A DNA stretch of 64,000 nt, taken from Glaucostegus cemiculus (lineage: Eukaryota). Below are positions 1 to 11,815 of the stretch, in pieces. Both the position numbers and the translations under genes were made by a program. Each line of letters begins with the position of its first letter. Position 1 is the stretch's first letter. The stretch covers positions 16,926,001 to 16,990,000 of the forward strand of contig CDPCPM010000180.1 of NCBI GenBank assembly GCA_976551045.1. Direction: 5' to 3'. Under the pieces are notes generated by a model, which had not been told where the DNA came from, made no database searches, and saw nothing but the letters and a program-made list of their open reading frames with translations.

Positions 1-66
1 GGGAATTGAACCCCAGTCGCTGGTGCTGTAACAGCGTTGCACTAACTGCTACACTATCGTGCTGCC
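1..66 (-). mobile_element. V-SINE-type tRNA-derived SINE, 5' head (truncated by window edge)
   Basis: Reverse complement GGCAGCACGATAGTGTAGCAGTTAGTGCAACGCTGTTACAGCACCAGCGACTGGGGTTCAATTCCC has A-box/B-box layout and matches the head at 20856. Confidence 0.8.
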
Positions 67-79
67 CACTTTCCTTCCC

Positions 80-270
80 AGGGAAATTTCTTTCCCTGAA
101 GGACTCTAGTGAGCTGTTTGGGTTTACAATCCAGTCCTATGAAGTCTCCATTAATGACAGCAGCTTTCCATTGCAGATTTATTTATTAACCACATTACCA
201 CCACTATGGTGGCTTCCAAAGCAATAGTCCAAGCCTTTGACCTTGAGCTGAAGAACTTCATCACTCTGCA
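80..270 (-). mobile_element. tRNA-derived elasmobranch SINE (called family B here), diverged fragment
   Basis: ATTTCTTTCCCTGAAGGACTCTAGTGAGC...CAGATTTATTTATTAA matches the minus-strand copy at 37960-38380. Confidence 0.6.
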
Positions 271-479
271 TGCATAGTCCAATATTTAGGCATTTTCCAC
301 ACCTACACTACTGTTAGACCATTAATTTTATTTTTAGAATCTACAATTTTTTGTAATCATTGCCAAGGATAATGATCATTTTCCCCCTATTTGTAGCTGC
401 TCCAAGCTATTATTTATACGCCCAGGTCATTTCTTTAACTGCATACACATTACGGTAGCTTCCAATAGCTATAGCACAA

Positions 480-745
480 AACTGGGAAGGTTAACGGTTC
501 AGACTGGAACATGGGAAAAATCAAAATTCAATTCAGTAAGTCTGGTAATGTAATAAATCTCCAGCAATTATTAAACATTGCCACAAAGTACTCACCTGGC
601 TCGTGAAAACCTTTTAATACATTATCGCTGCCACTGTGGTTTTATCCCTAATCCTACAGGTGGCTCCCATTTTAATCTGTGAAGCAACCAGGTGCAAGGA
701 ATCAATGTCACCTTGCCAGACTCTTGCATCCAAGGAAAACCAAAA
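480..745 (+). mobile_element. Family-B SINE, highly diverged
   Basis: AAATTCAATTCAGTAAGTCTGG...CACCTGGCTC...CCTTGCCAG...CATCC follows the motif order of the 7430-7760 copy. Confidence 0.35.
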
Positions 746-1171
746 TGGACATTAAGTGTCAACCATGTAACGGAACTCAGTCACCCAAGTGCTCACATTG
801 GACTGAGCTTTGTGCTTTAAGATCATCAGCAATTAGAAAGGCAAGCTGGTTAATCAATATTCACCCTTTGAATTAGAATTCATAAATGGAATGTAGACAA
901 GGAAAGTATAACCCAACACTCAATCTTAACATAAGAATAGGATTAGGTCGTAAACATACCCAATTTACTGCATCACTCATTAACATCATAACTGATTCTC
1001 AAAGCATTGCTCCATTGTTTTAGTAACCTCCTCAGATTCTGGCTCTGGACACACTCTGTTTTACAGAATCTACAGAACATAAGAGTTCCAGAGGACCTTG
1101 ACTCAGCTCTGGACTTTCATTCATCCCGTAAACTCTTGCTATCTTAGCCAGAGTATCTAGCTGGAAACTGA

Positions 1172-1285
1172 AATATATAAAAACATTAAAAACATTTTCT
1201 ATGTTTTCTATGTAATATATAAAAACATAGAAAATCATTTTCTATGTGCTCTGCAAGAATGGCAAAGCACATAGAAAATGATTTT
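1172..1285. repeat. Compound inverted and direct repeat cluster
   Basis: Perfect 20-bp inverted repeat 1231-1250/1266-1285; 11-bp palindrome arms 1225-1247; direct repeats AATATATAAAAACAT (1172, 1214) and TTTTCTATG x2. Confidence 0.9.
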
Positions 1286-2110
1286 TTCAGGATTGGAGAA
1301 TCTGTTCAGTAATTAAGTCTCAGTTACACCTTTTCTACAGCAAGAATAGTGTACAATAGTGAGGCACATTTGTCTTTTATATATCTACAAACCCCAGTAC
1401 CAAAATCTGAAAATCTTTCCAATGGTCAGTCTTGACTAAAACACAATCAGGAGTGTAACATTTAATCTCCCAATTACTAGCTAATGCTGCAACCTTTCAT
1501 CATCTTATATTTGAAGGCAAACTTAAATGCACATTACAGTATGCTCACTAATTTGCAACTTTTTAATCAATATTTTCCATTGTATATTACAACCATCATT
1601 GATAGGAAAAGTTGCGGGAGAGGAAACCTTATTCAACGTTTGATCTTTGCTATATTTAATAAAAGTACTGAAGTCTTTCTGCAATCTCCATCTTGAATTT
1701 AAATTCTCCAAAAATTGATTTCTACAATTGTCTCATTAAAAATAGCTAATGAACTATTTAATTGTTGGTCAATAATGTATAACTCAAGTACATAATAATC
1801 AACATTTGGTTTGAATAACTAGAATTATTTGGCACTTCAAATAATTGACACAGTAAATAGCTCAACAGAAAAATATTCTGGTATCATGTCATTTATCATG
1901 ATAAACTGACAAACCCCTTGTGATTGAAGGCAAGACTATAGTATGAATTAACTTCACTCATACTCATGACAACGGGCAGTTTGTGACAGTATGTAGAGCT
2001 GATAACTTTGACACTCAAGTCTCAGTTGTGCATTGGATTAGAATTTGAATATCAGACAGGAAAACCTCCCAGCCAGTCATTAGATAAACCCAGCAGGGTT
2101 GTCTCGCTCT

Positions 2111-2215
2111 GAACACTGCCAATGCATATCCCAGGGCTTAGCACAGCCAAAAGGACACCCTGGCAATGAACACAGCCAACGAATACCTCAGCAATAAATG
2201 CACACAGCCAATATA
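2111..2215 (+). repeat. Decayed minisatellite, about 30-bp period
   Basis: CAC(A/T)GCCAA at 2114, 2142, 2171 and 2203, with related spacers. Confidence 0.5.
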
Positions 2216-3109
2216 TTTTACATGACTGAGCTAGCCCTACTCTTTTAATTTATCTTTACAGGTTACTCTGCTCTTCATCACATTAAACAAGGCTGAAGGT
2301 GAATGTAAATCATTGCTGGAGACCAGCTACATATTCAAAGCTAGATTAGACCAAGAGCAAAATGACAAGCGAACAATTCAGTTATTCATTTTATCCTTTG
2401 GAAGACAAACAAAGATGATGTTACCTTCCCTTAAAAAAAGCTTTTTTGGCATGAGAGGAATCCAAAAATGTCCAGAAACATTGGAATGAGAGATGATTCA
2501 GCTTGGGATTCTGCATCACCAGCTGGTTTATGGTTCTTCTGCAGCCCCTCCATTTGCTTCATATCCATAAAGGTATTCATCGCACATCTACAGCTATCAT
2601 TGTTTTAGTATCCACAGGCTCAGAGGGAAGCATTCTAAACTTCTACCGCAGTTGATATGAAAAAAAGCACTTTCATTTGTTACTGGGATTACATTCCCAT
2701 CATTTTAATTTCCCACCAGAAGCAACAGTTCTTTGGTTAGCACCCTACTGCAGCCCAAAATCCAGTGGCAGGTGATCATTAAGGGTCGCTGGAGCATTGC
2801 TCCACCAAGTCGGATCTCTATCTATGCATACTAGCAAATGACACTATTACCATTATTATATAAATAACTGATAGTCAGTCACAGCCATGTGTTGGTCTAC
2901 AGCAAGTGCTTGTGACGGGCTGTAACCTGACTACTGGGCCAGCTCCATCACCTACGTCTACTTACACATGACAACTCTCACCTGCTGTGTCTTTACTTGG
3001 GAACTAGAAGGGCACATTCACATTGGCCATTTTTGTGGGGCAGTTGATGCAGGAATCTAGTCTGGATATTGAGTGGAGCAAGGCAGGAGCTAGAATCTGA
3101 AACACAGTC

Positions 3110-3297
3110 TGAGAAGCTTGTGGAGAGGGGTACTCTCACAGCATTTAGGAAGCATCTAAACAAGCACTTGAATCATCCAAGCAAAACAGGTTACGGACTA
3201 AATGCAGATAAATGGGATTAGTTTAGAGCAGTGCAATGGTCAGTATAACATGCTGGGCTGAAGGGCCTGTTTCTGTGCTGTACATCTCAATGACCAT
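3110..3297 (+). mobile_element. CR1 (HER1-like) LINE 3' end
   Basis: CATTTAGGAAGCATCTAAACAAGCACTTGAAT...GGGCTGAAGGGCCTGTTTCTGTGCTGTA is the typical elasmobranch CR1 3' UTR. Confidence 0.8.
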
Positions 3298-4112
3298 CTA
3301 TGAAAGTAACGGAAGGCTTGAGATCTGTTGGCACCAATCGTGGCAGAAAATATTCAGATTCCGTTCTAAAAATTCTTTTCCAGTCATTCTCTAGTTGCTT
3401 AGGAACAAAGAAACTTTGACGCATAATGAAGTTCTTTTGACGAGTACAGTAATACTATAAATGCATTGTTCCAATTCTATGCACAAGGCCTCATTCCAGT
3501 TATGTTCTTTTAATTCAGTAGACAACCAACACTGTCCATAGTGCATCAGCCTGGGTTAATTAAACATTACACAGAATGCTCAAAGAGACACAAGAAAGCT
3601 GTCCAAGGCCTCCTTAGAAATAGGGAAGAAGGGAGAATAGCATGAAATATGGAAATGTCAGGATGAAGAGAAAATCATTTACGTTGCATTTAATTTCTTC
3701 TAACATCAAAGCACTTCACAACCCATGAGTTATTTTCACTTAGAATTTACTCCACAGAAACAATGCCAATGTTTATGCTTCATTAAAATTTGGCATTAAT
3801 GTGATACATCAGACATGGTATAATTGGGTATAAAATAATACTGATGGCAGCAGTGATGAGAAGAAGAATAGGTTGGGATTCAGCGCACTGTGCAGTCCTT
3901 AGCCATAATCTATTTTAAGGCTTTGTTCTCTCATGATTAACTCAGGAGGAGACTGGATATCCTCCTTGATTTTTAGCCTCCTTGCGCATTGATCTAGGTT
4001 CCCCTTTTCAAGATGTCTATGTCATCACTTCACTACTCTGTGGTGGCACATTCTAGCTACTCTCCAGACAAAGTAATTCCTTCTAAATTCTTTATTGGAT
4101 TGATCAATCAAT

Positions 4113-5098
4113 TCACCTCCTGACACTCCAAGACTTTCCACCTGCAAGGCATACCAAAAGCATGATGAAATTAATACTGGGCAATGATGGACTCAAACTA
4201 CAAGGAGAAATTGGATAGGTTGGGACTGTTCTTGCTGCAATGAAGGAGGGATGACTTCCGGAGGTTGATAAAAATTATGAGGGAAGAGATAGGGTCGATA
4301 ATTAAAGTCTTTTTCCCAGTGTACAGGAGTCTAAAACTAGAGGCATAGGTTTAAAGTGAGGAGGGATAGATCTAGAGGGGATCTGAGGGACATTTTTCAC
4401 ACAGAGGGTAGGAGGTACATGGAACTAGCTGCTTGAGACACACACAATTACAACATTTAAAAGGCATTTGAATAGGTACCTGGATTGGAAAGGTTTAGAG
4501 GAATATGGTCCAATTGCAGGCAAATGGAATTAGCTTAGATTGGCATCGTTGTCTGCATGGATAAGTTAGGCTAAGTAGCCTGTTTCCATGTTGTTTAACT
4601 CCATGAATCCATGAACACACTCCACTTACCTGAGTGAGTGCAGTTCCAACAACACATACGGTTCCACATCATCCAGGACAAGGCAGCACACTTGATTGAC
4701 ATCTTATCTACTGTACTAAATTTCCATTCCCTTTGCTGCCATTGCATTGTAGCTGCAGTGTGTAGTCTTCAGAATGCACTTTGATTGCTTGCCAAGGTTA
4801 TTCCAGCAGCACTTCCCACACCTGAGACCCCCATCACTGAGGAGGACAAGGGCAGTACCTACATGGGAATACCACTACATGTAATTCCCCTTCCAAGTGG
4901 CCTACCAATCTGACTTTGAAAAATAATTGGACTTTTCACATTGCCACTATATCTTGGAATTTCCAAAGCACAACATTGTGGGAGTACCTTAACCAAAAGG
5001 ACACAACACCAAGGTAACTCACCAACCTTCCAGAGCAATTAGAGATGGAATAAATCCTGGCCTTGCCTGTTATATATGCATCCTGAAAAATTAATAAA
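4113..5098 (+). mobile_element. Second CR1-group LINE lineage (CR1-B), ORF2 C-terminus plus 3' tail, interrupted by a nested CR1
   Basis: Degenerate IQDKAA-LI-type coding (ATCCAGGACAAGGCAGCACACTTGATTG), ending GCAATTAGAGATGGAATAAATCCTGGCCTTGCC; 4113-4175 continues at about 4615. Confidence 0.75.
4185..4614 (+). mobile_element. CR1 (HER1-like) LINE, 5'-truncated 3' fragment, nested insertion
   Basis: GGATAGGTTGGGACTGTT...AAAATTATGAGGG...AAAACTAGAGGCATAGGTTTAAAGTGAG...TTTTTCACACAGAGGGT, short-repeat tail CCATGAATCCATGA. Confidence 0.9.
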
Positions 5099-5129
5099 AT
5101 CTCCCTTTTATTGTGGAGTTGTCAGCTGT

Positions 5130-5750
5130 GGTGCAACTAGTGTTGTATATAGTTTAATCATTATCTCCCTACTCTTATATTCAATACCTTAGCTATTAAA
5201 AATCATCCTGTACATTTTTTAAACCACCTTATTGACGTATTTTACCACCTTTTATGGTCAATGGACATACAGGCCAAGATTCGTTTAACGCTCCTCATTT
5301 CATTCAATGCCCTCTATTTACTGGGCATTTCCTCGTCTAGTTGCACCTCTCCAAATGATTAGCTCAGACTTCTCTGGATTAAATACCATTTGGCACTCTT
5401 CTGCCCAACCAATCAGTCACCCAACATCTTGCTGTGGTCTGGTTTTTCTCCTTACTATCAATGACACAGTCCATTTTTGTACCATCTGCAAGTTCTTTAT
5501 CATGCCTCCTCTACTTAAATCATTAATAAAAGCCATGTACCAACCTCTGTAAAAACCACAGTATCAGCCTCCCAGTTACAAAATTATCCACCAACTATTA
5601 AACCTTTGATTACTTACACTAAGCCAATTTTCGATCCAATTTGCCACCATCTCTCGGATCCAATGGGTATATATTTTCTTAGTAAGCCTACCACCTGAAA
5701 ACTATTCAATAACCTTGTCAAATCCATGTGGGCTACATCAGAAAATAGAG
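5130..5750 (-). mobile_element. Old CR1 LINE RT-region fragment
   Basis: CTCTGGATTAAATACCATTTGGCAC, TTTTGTACCATCTGCAAG, AGCCAATTTTCGATCCAATTTGCCACC and CCTTGTCAAATCCATGT are the antisense of the segments seen at 39650-40060. Confidence 0.7.
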
Positions 5751-6279
5751 TTCCTTTACTATTTGGTTAAAAGTTTCAATTTAGTCATCTAAGGCTAGGA
5801 AATATGTAATTTGAGCCTGGCAATTTACTTACTTTCAAAGATTTTACACTACTTAATACATCCTTTCTTATTCCTTATATCTTACCTATCTGAAACATCA
5901 GAATTATCCCCAATTTCCAAAGTCATCTGCAGAGTCATTATTAAGAATTTTACCCATACCATCCTCTTCACACACAAGTTACTTTTTCCTCTGATCCCTA
6001 ACTAGCCCTACTCTTTCCTTCAATATCCTTTCCCACTATATTTATAAAAATCTTCACACTTCTTCAATTTTATGCACTAGTTTAAAAACTGGAATAAATC
6101 TATTCTATGTTGTTACACTTCACTAACCTGCTGGCACTGCACTGAGCTTTACATTATTTACTGCCGAGTTCATAAATCATCGGATCTCAACACAGCTTGA
6201 TACCAGAAAAAGAGCACATGTGGCAACTACATGTGTGGTAGCCTGCTGCTACTCAAAGGGAACTAAGATGGAAAGTTTT

Positions 6280-6435
6280 ATAAGGGGGAGAGTGGAAAGG
6301 AGGGTGGCGTTGGGAGGGAGGGAACTGTCGGGAAGGAGAGAGGGAAGGATGAAGGGAGAGAGAGAGAGAGAGGGAAAGAGAGGGTGAGAGGTTGGAGGAA
6401 GGGAGAGAGGGGGATTTGTATAGGGAGGACTGAGG
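6280..6435 (+). repeat. Purine-rich GA/GGGA tract with G4 motif and mirror repeat
   Basis: GGG-TGGCGTT-GGG-A-GGG-A-GGG at 6302-6322; mirror repeat AAGGG(AG)nAGGGAA at 6352-6376. Confidence 0.85.
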
Positions 6436-7429
6436 GCTTGCGATTGAACTGAAACTTTGAGTTGGTATGGATAGTTAAAAGGACTGAGTGCTTTTGGTGC
6501 AGGTTTGTTAATCGGTGTCCCATTTGAAGTTTGATAGGAAGCAAAGGGTGTCTGGCACTGGTGGGCGAGGGTGGGGGAGAGGACATGCACTGCAGAAAGT
6601 CTTTGTTCAAGAAGTGAGATGTGAAGGACACCAGCTGATATCTCCACATTGTATGGGACAGCTGATTCAAACCGGGCCCACCAGCAGCTAAAACAATGCA
6701 CCAACATTCCCTGACCAACCAGGCACAGGTCTCTGAGCACATTCTCAGCATCACCTCTGACAAATTAAAAGCTGAGAATGGTCAGAGAGAAAAAAAAATC
6801 AGTATCATAGTCATGCAAGGAATCTGTTTAAATCCGTTTCCAAGCCAGAAATTCTCGACGGCAGCTTTCTTTTAAACCCACAATGTTTGTTTTACCTCAA
6901 GCCTACTTTCCCCCCCCACAATTTCCCCCCCCCACCTATTTTCAAGTGATCAGTTTAAGCGTAGAGTAAAAGTACCCCTAAATGAGTTTCAAGTACTTGA
7001 TGCCACAACCCAGTCTCTGTATTTAAGGTATTATAAGAGAGCTTTTGTGAGAGGAAAACAATTGGTTTAAAGAGTTTTGGTTGATGGGGTCATTATCCTT
7101 GGATATCCAGCTTCCTGTAATGAGATACGAGGTGCAGTGCAGGGTTAATTTGTGAAATTATTCTTTCACAATGCCGTTGCTGCTGCAATACCCTGTGGGG
7201 ATTCTTCAGTGCCTCTTCTATTCGAGAGAATCAGCCCTGATGTTAGGATGGGATTCAGCATTCCACCCCCCCCCCCCCTGTTCATTCGTGAGATGCACTC
7301 AGTCCTTCACCAGCAGGGAAATACTTTCTCACACTAAAGTTGGACCTCATTGCACCAAACATACCCATGCTTAGTATCATCACTGACACCACAGTTTATG
7401 CTTTGCTAGATATGCTGCAAGGGGGAAAA

Positions 7430-7760
7430 TAGCATGGTGATAATTGTTACTGGACTTGTTAACCCAGAGACAGAAGTTCAAACCTCACCATGGCAACCAG
7501 GGAATTTAAGTGTCATTAAATAAATCTGGAATTAAAAATGTACGTCAGTTTCTAGTGACCACAAAACCACCAGATTGCTGTAAACACCAAGTTGGTTCAT
7601 CAGTGCCATTTTGAGAAGGAAATTTGCTGACCTCAGCATGCCTGCCTCACTTGTGAATCTACACATACAGCAATGCAGTTAAGACTGAGCTGGCCTCAAG
7701 CAAGCCATTCAGTTCATGCAAAATAAATGGCAGCCTAATATCACATGAATGAATTAAAAG
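7430..7760 (+). mobile_element. Family-B tRNA-derived SINE, near full length
   Basis: GGTGATAATTGTTACTGGACTTGTTAACCCAGAG, B-box AGTTCAAACC, AATAAATCTGGAATT, TGGTTCATCAGTGCC...GAAGGAAATTTGC, tail CATGAATGAATTAAAA. Confidence 0.75.
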
Positions 7761-7931
7761 TGCTTTGCTGATGCTACCATCAGCTAATGTTTTCAGTCCA
7801 AGTTCATTTTGCCGATCCTCAACCAGATGCTTCAGTGATTTGAATCAATTTGGTCTTGTTATTCAGAACAGTGGGGAAATAATTAGAGGATTTTTTTAAT
7901 CTCTTGTAAATCAAGTATAATTGATGTTAGA

Positions 7932-8172
7932 CCATAAGACAAAGGAGAAGTCGGCCATTCGGGCCATCAAGTCTGCTCCGCCATCCATTCTTCCATTTAG
8001 TCCCACTCCCCTACCATAACCTTTGATGCCCTGGCTACTCAGATACTGATCAACCTCTGCCTTAAATACACCTAATGACTTTGCCTCCACAGCCACCCGT
8101 GGCAACAAATTCCACTGATTCACCACTCTCTGGCTAAAGAAATTTCTCCGAATCTCTGTTCTGAATGGGTAT
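7932..8172 (-). mobile_element. CR1 LINE 3' end
   Basis: ORF 7911-8126 (RVVNQWNLLP..AVEAKSLGVFKAEVDQYL) is the CR1 ORF2 C-terminus followed by its 3' UTR. Confidence 0.9.
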
Positions 8173-10534
8173 GTTGAGCAAATACCAGATAAGAACAGAA
8201 TTTAATTGGTCTTGAATGGAGGTCTACACTCTAGTACCTTTCAAGGCAAATTGAAAATATTTCACATTATGAGATTACCTGTGTGGGGACATGGCTTAAC
8301 CCAGTTGCCAAAGCAATCCTACGGGCAGATGATTCACACTATGATGTTATTTAAAACTTGAAGGCCCTTACTGGTCCACTCTGGCCACAGCATAGCTGGC
8401 TTGATTGCTGCTGGGAGATCTGTTCCAGGCAAGTGGAGATTAGCAGGCAAGGAGTGAGCAAATGCAGGTTGGCTCAGCATGCCAGTGAATTCTGGACAAT
8501 GAATCAATCCCATCATCACTCCTTGCCCAGCTAGAGTGGCAGATGGGTGCAACACAGGTGGAAGATATACCTCTTTTACTTGACTTCCGTTGGTAGACTG
8601 AAGGAGTATAAACTAAAGAAAAAATGGCATCTTGCATGTTGAGGAACCTGTATTTGCAGGAGATTAAAATCAATCATTATTAATTTAGCTAGGCAGTTAA
8701 TTGGATGTAACTTGGCCTTTGCAAGATATTTACAATTGCAAGTACAATTGCAAATGTAGGACACTGGAAAAGAGCACAGACAATACATTAATTTGGCTTT
8801 TAATCCAAATTTCTACAGTAACAACCCGAATTAAACAATATGTAATGAATGCTGATTACATCTAGGATTTTCCATACATAACAACTTGCTTTTCCAAATT
8901 GTGCAATTGACTGATTTTGTTTTAAGAAACAGTTAGTTTGATTTTGGGACAGTTCCAAAGCCATATATCCATTCACATGACTATCAACACACTTAGTCTC
9001 CATGCTTTTTACCTTTAAGTCAATCCAATCCATGCTCATTCCCAGTAAAAACAAGGAGTTCAAAGTGCTCAAAAAATTCAAGCATCAGTCCCACCTGACA
9101 AATTTCTAACCTTTCCAATGCAACCATTCAATTGCTCCTTTATTTTATGCAAACACAAGTTTGCAATTGTTTCAAAGGAGCTGGATACTTGCACAATTTC
9201 CCCTCATTAAACCATCAGCTTGGATTAATCCAAAAATAATGCACATCTAGATGTAATAGCTTAGGTTATCCTTTTTATCTAAGCTTTGGTGCTAGAAAAT
9301 TAAACACCGGTTCTATTTATGTCACATGACTCCCCACTGAGTGGTAGTGAACTCCCCTGAATGAGAGATTTTTTTTACCAAATCAAAATCCTAGAACACT
9401 GTACCCAACATTGTTCGAATGCTTTACCATATGACCTGAAGCAGATCAAGGCAGTGATAAACTATTACCTATTCAAGAGCAATAAATGCTGCCCTTGCCC
9501 TCATCCAGCCAATAAATAACTAGGTGTGGCAACAGGACAGAAATAGAATAGTAAAGTTCCTTTTATTCAGTCCCAAATGATTTGCTTCAACCTTGAAGAT
9601 CAAAGTGTAGTGAACACTCAGCATGCCAGGCAGCATTTACGCACATAAAAGCAGAATTAAAATTGTGCATCAATACATCATTACAAAGACAGATTTAATG
9701 CTGAAAAGACTGTATTTTCCCTTAAACGTTAAGCTGTTAAAGCCACCAACATTTCCTCCATTTCCCTTTCATCAAACAACTGATTATTTGTTCCTTACTT
9801 TTATACACAAAAGCCACAAGATTGATACTTCAGGACAGCCAAAGGAACCCAACCCCACTATTGCAGCATTTGAATAGACTTCAACAAGATTCCCTCACTT
9901 TCCCAGGTGTTTCTTCAGAATCAACCTGCAGGTACATAATTTGAAACACTTAATAAAGAAAGAAGTTGAATGGAGTTTTATTTCAATTTCTTCCACTATA
10001 AATTGTGTTCTTACAAACTTCAACTTCTCCAGTGCAAGTGTTTTTTAAAAATTATTTTCATCTGCTCTTTAATGGGGATGGTCTTACCTTCCAATTCTGA
10101 TTCAAAGCTGATTATTTCAAGGTTACTGTCTCCCAAAATGTGGCTTAATGTTTACTGGTAGTGCAGTATTTGATGCCGAATTTTCAGGCTTCAACAGATA
10201 TCCAAGTGCAACAGGAGTGTGCATGTGAAAACTGTGGTTGAACCATAAGAATCACCCTTCCCTGAGGCTGCCAGTCCCTTAATATTATGTCATTAATGAA
10301 TGAGCTTGGCCCATGCTGAGAAAACAAGTTTACATCCACAAGGTTTAAAAACTGAAAACACCCAAGCTTTTTGCTTCTTATTTGTAATGTTTAGTTTTCA
10401 ACAAAAATCAAGCTTCTCCATTTTCCAACCAGAATAGTTGTAGATCTATTTCCACTAAGAGGTACGTGAGAACAGCTAATGAGTGAATAGCCAATTCATG
10501 GTCTGTCTTTTCATAGGGGAAAACCTGTTTGCAC

Positions 10535-10915
10535 ATCAGTTTTGCTTAGATGGGAGCAATTGCACCCAAGAGTCTGAATGTTCACTGAGGAAGCCCCAGT
10601 TCAGATGCTGCAGCATGGAACATTGGTGACCTTTAGAATTCAGCATTTCACTGAGATTTATCTGCCATTTTAGTTAGTAAAAGAGATGCAAAGACCCATT
10701 TCCAAGAGGAACAACATTCTCCCAATGGCTTGGTCAGTTTTTGACCCCTTGCTTTTCCTCCATCACCACCACCCACTCCTAATGTATTTATTCTTCATGT
10801 AAATAATCTACTGCATTTACTTCTGTAATAATCATGCCTTAATTTGCAAAGTGATGCACTGGTTGTGGGTTATGATGATCTCCTGAAGACTGAAGGCACT
10901 GCAAAATTTAACATT
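10535..10915 (+). mobile_element. Deu-domain SINE (SacSINE1-like), degraded
   Basis: AGAGTCTGAATGTTCAC head, ACTGAGATT, AAAGACCCATT...AAGAGG...TTCTCCC, CTGCATTTACTT...ATTGGTTGT, TGAAGGCACTG-type tail. Confidence 0.5.
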
Positions 10916-11019
10916 CACTTCACCATGTATTAGCTAGAAAATTACAGATGTCATCAATGATCATAACGGCAGAAACTATTGTTAAAATGTACTGCAAGAC
11001 AATGTAACCAATACCATAT

Positions 11020-11200
11020 CTCAAAAGCAAAATATGAAGGTGATGGAAATCTGAAATTAAACAAAATGCTAGAAATATTCAGCAGCTCAGACAGCGTCTG
11101 TGGAGAAAGAAACAGAGAATCTTTATGAAGAAAGATTATTGCCCTGAGATATTAACTGTTTCTGTGGACGCTGCCTGATCCACTGAGTGTTTTCATTTAT
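11020..11200. mobile_element. Penelope-like element: head-to-head (inverted) terminal-repeat pair
   Basis: GAAATATTCAGCAGCTCAGACAGCGTC...GAAACAG is complementary to CTGTTTC...GACGCTGCCTGATCCACTGAGTGTTTTC; same repeat as the PLE ends at 59860-59945. Confidence 0.7.
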
Positions 11201-11504
11201 ACTTCTAACAATTGTGGAGGAATCACCATATAAATGTGGAATTAAAAATCTGCAGGACTTCTACACAGAGGAACTCAAAGCTTCATTAAATAAAATTCAG
11301 ATAACAAGTATTCCAACAACTGCTACAAGGTATAAAGAATTAGTCTAAAATACTGGTTGAGATTTTCTGATTGCAGGTTGGCTGGCTTAAAGCATCCAAG
11401 CCTCCAGCAGCACAAACACAATGATGACAAAGCCTCTAGAGGAGCAGTGATGAGACTCTAGTCTGAAACAACCTTGAACACCCCAGGACAGAACAATGAC
11501 AAAT

Positions 11505-11815
11505 AAGGTGGTGCTGCTGCTGCACAGCTCCAGTGACCAGGGTGCTGACTGTGTGGAGTTTGCACTTCCTTCTGTGATTATGCAGGATTCCTCCAGATGC
11601 TCTGGTTTCCTCCCACATCCAAAGGTTACACTGGTACGTTAAATGACAACAGTAAATTGTCCCTAGTAGGGTGGCAGAAGAATCAGGGGAGAGTTGATGG
11701 GACATACAAGAGAGAATAAGTTACTCAGAGACAAGGTGAGAAAATGGGATTGATGAGTTTGCTCCGACAGTTGGTAAGGACCTGATGGGGCAAATTGCCT
11801 CCTGTGTGGTAGGAA
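11505..11815 (+). mobile_element. V-SINE (HE1-like) with CR1-type tail
   Basis: CACAGCTCCAGTGACC, V-domain TGTGTGGAGTTTGCAC..TCC..GGTTTCCTCCCACATCCAAAG, tail GATGGGCAAATTGCCTCCTGTG. Confidence 0.85.

Noticed and set aside
2262-2298. 37-nt plus-strand mini-exon (TTTACAG|...GAAG|GTGAAT)
   Set aside because: Good acceptor but mediocre donor, not frame-preserving, and expected by chance in 64 kb
4738-4790. TGCATTGTAGCTGCA resembling miR-33
   Set aside because: Lies inside the CR1-B LINE coding remnant; no precursor hairpin and mismatches to the mature sequence
6249-6763. Two long minus-strand ORFs (163 and 161 aa)
   Set aside because: Their length comes from the stop-poor CT-rich tract; products are low-complexity P/S/L with no domain or splice support
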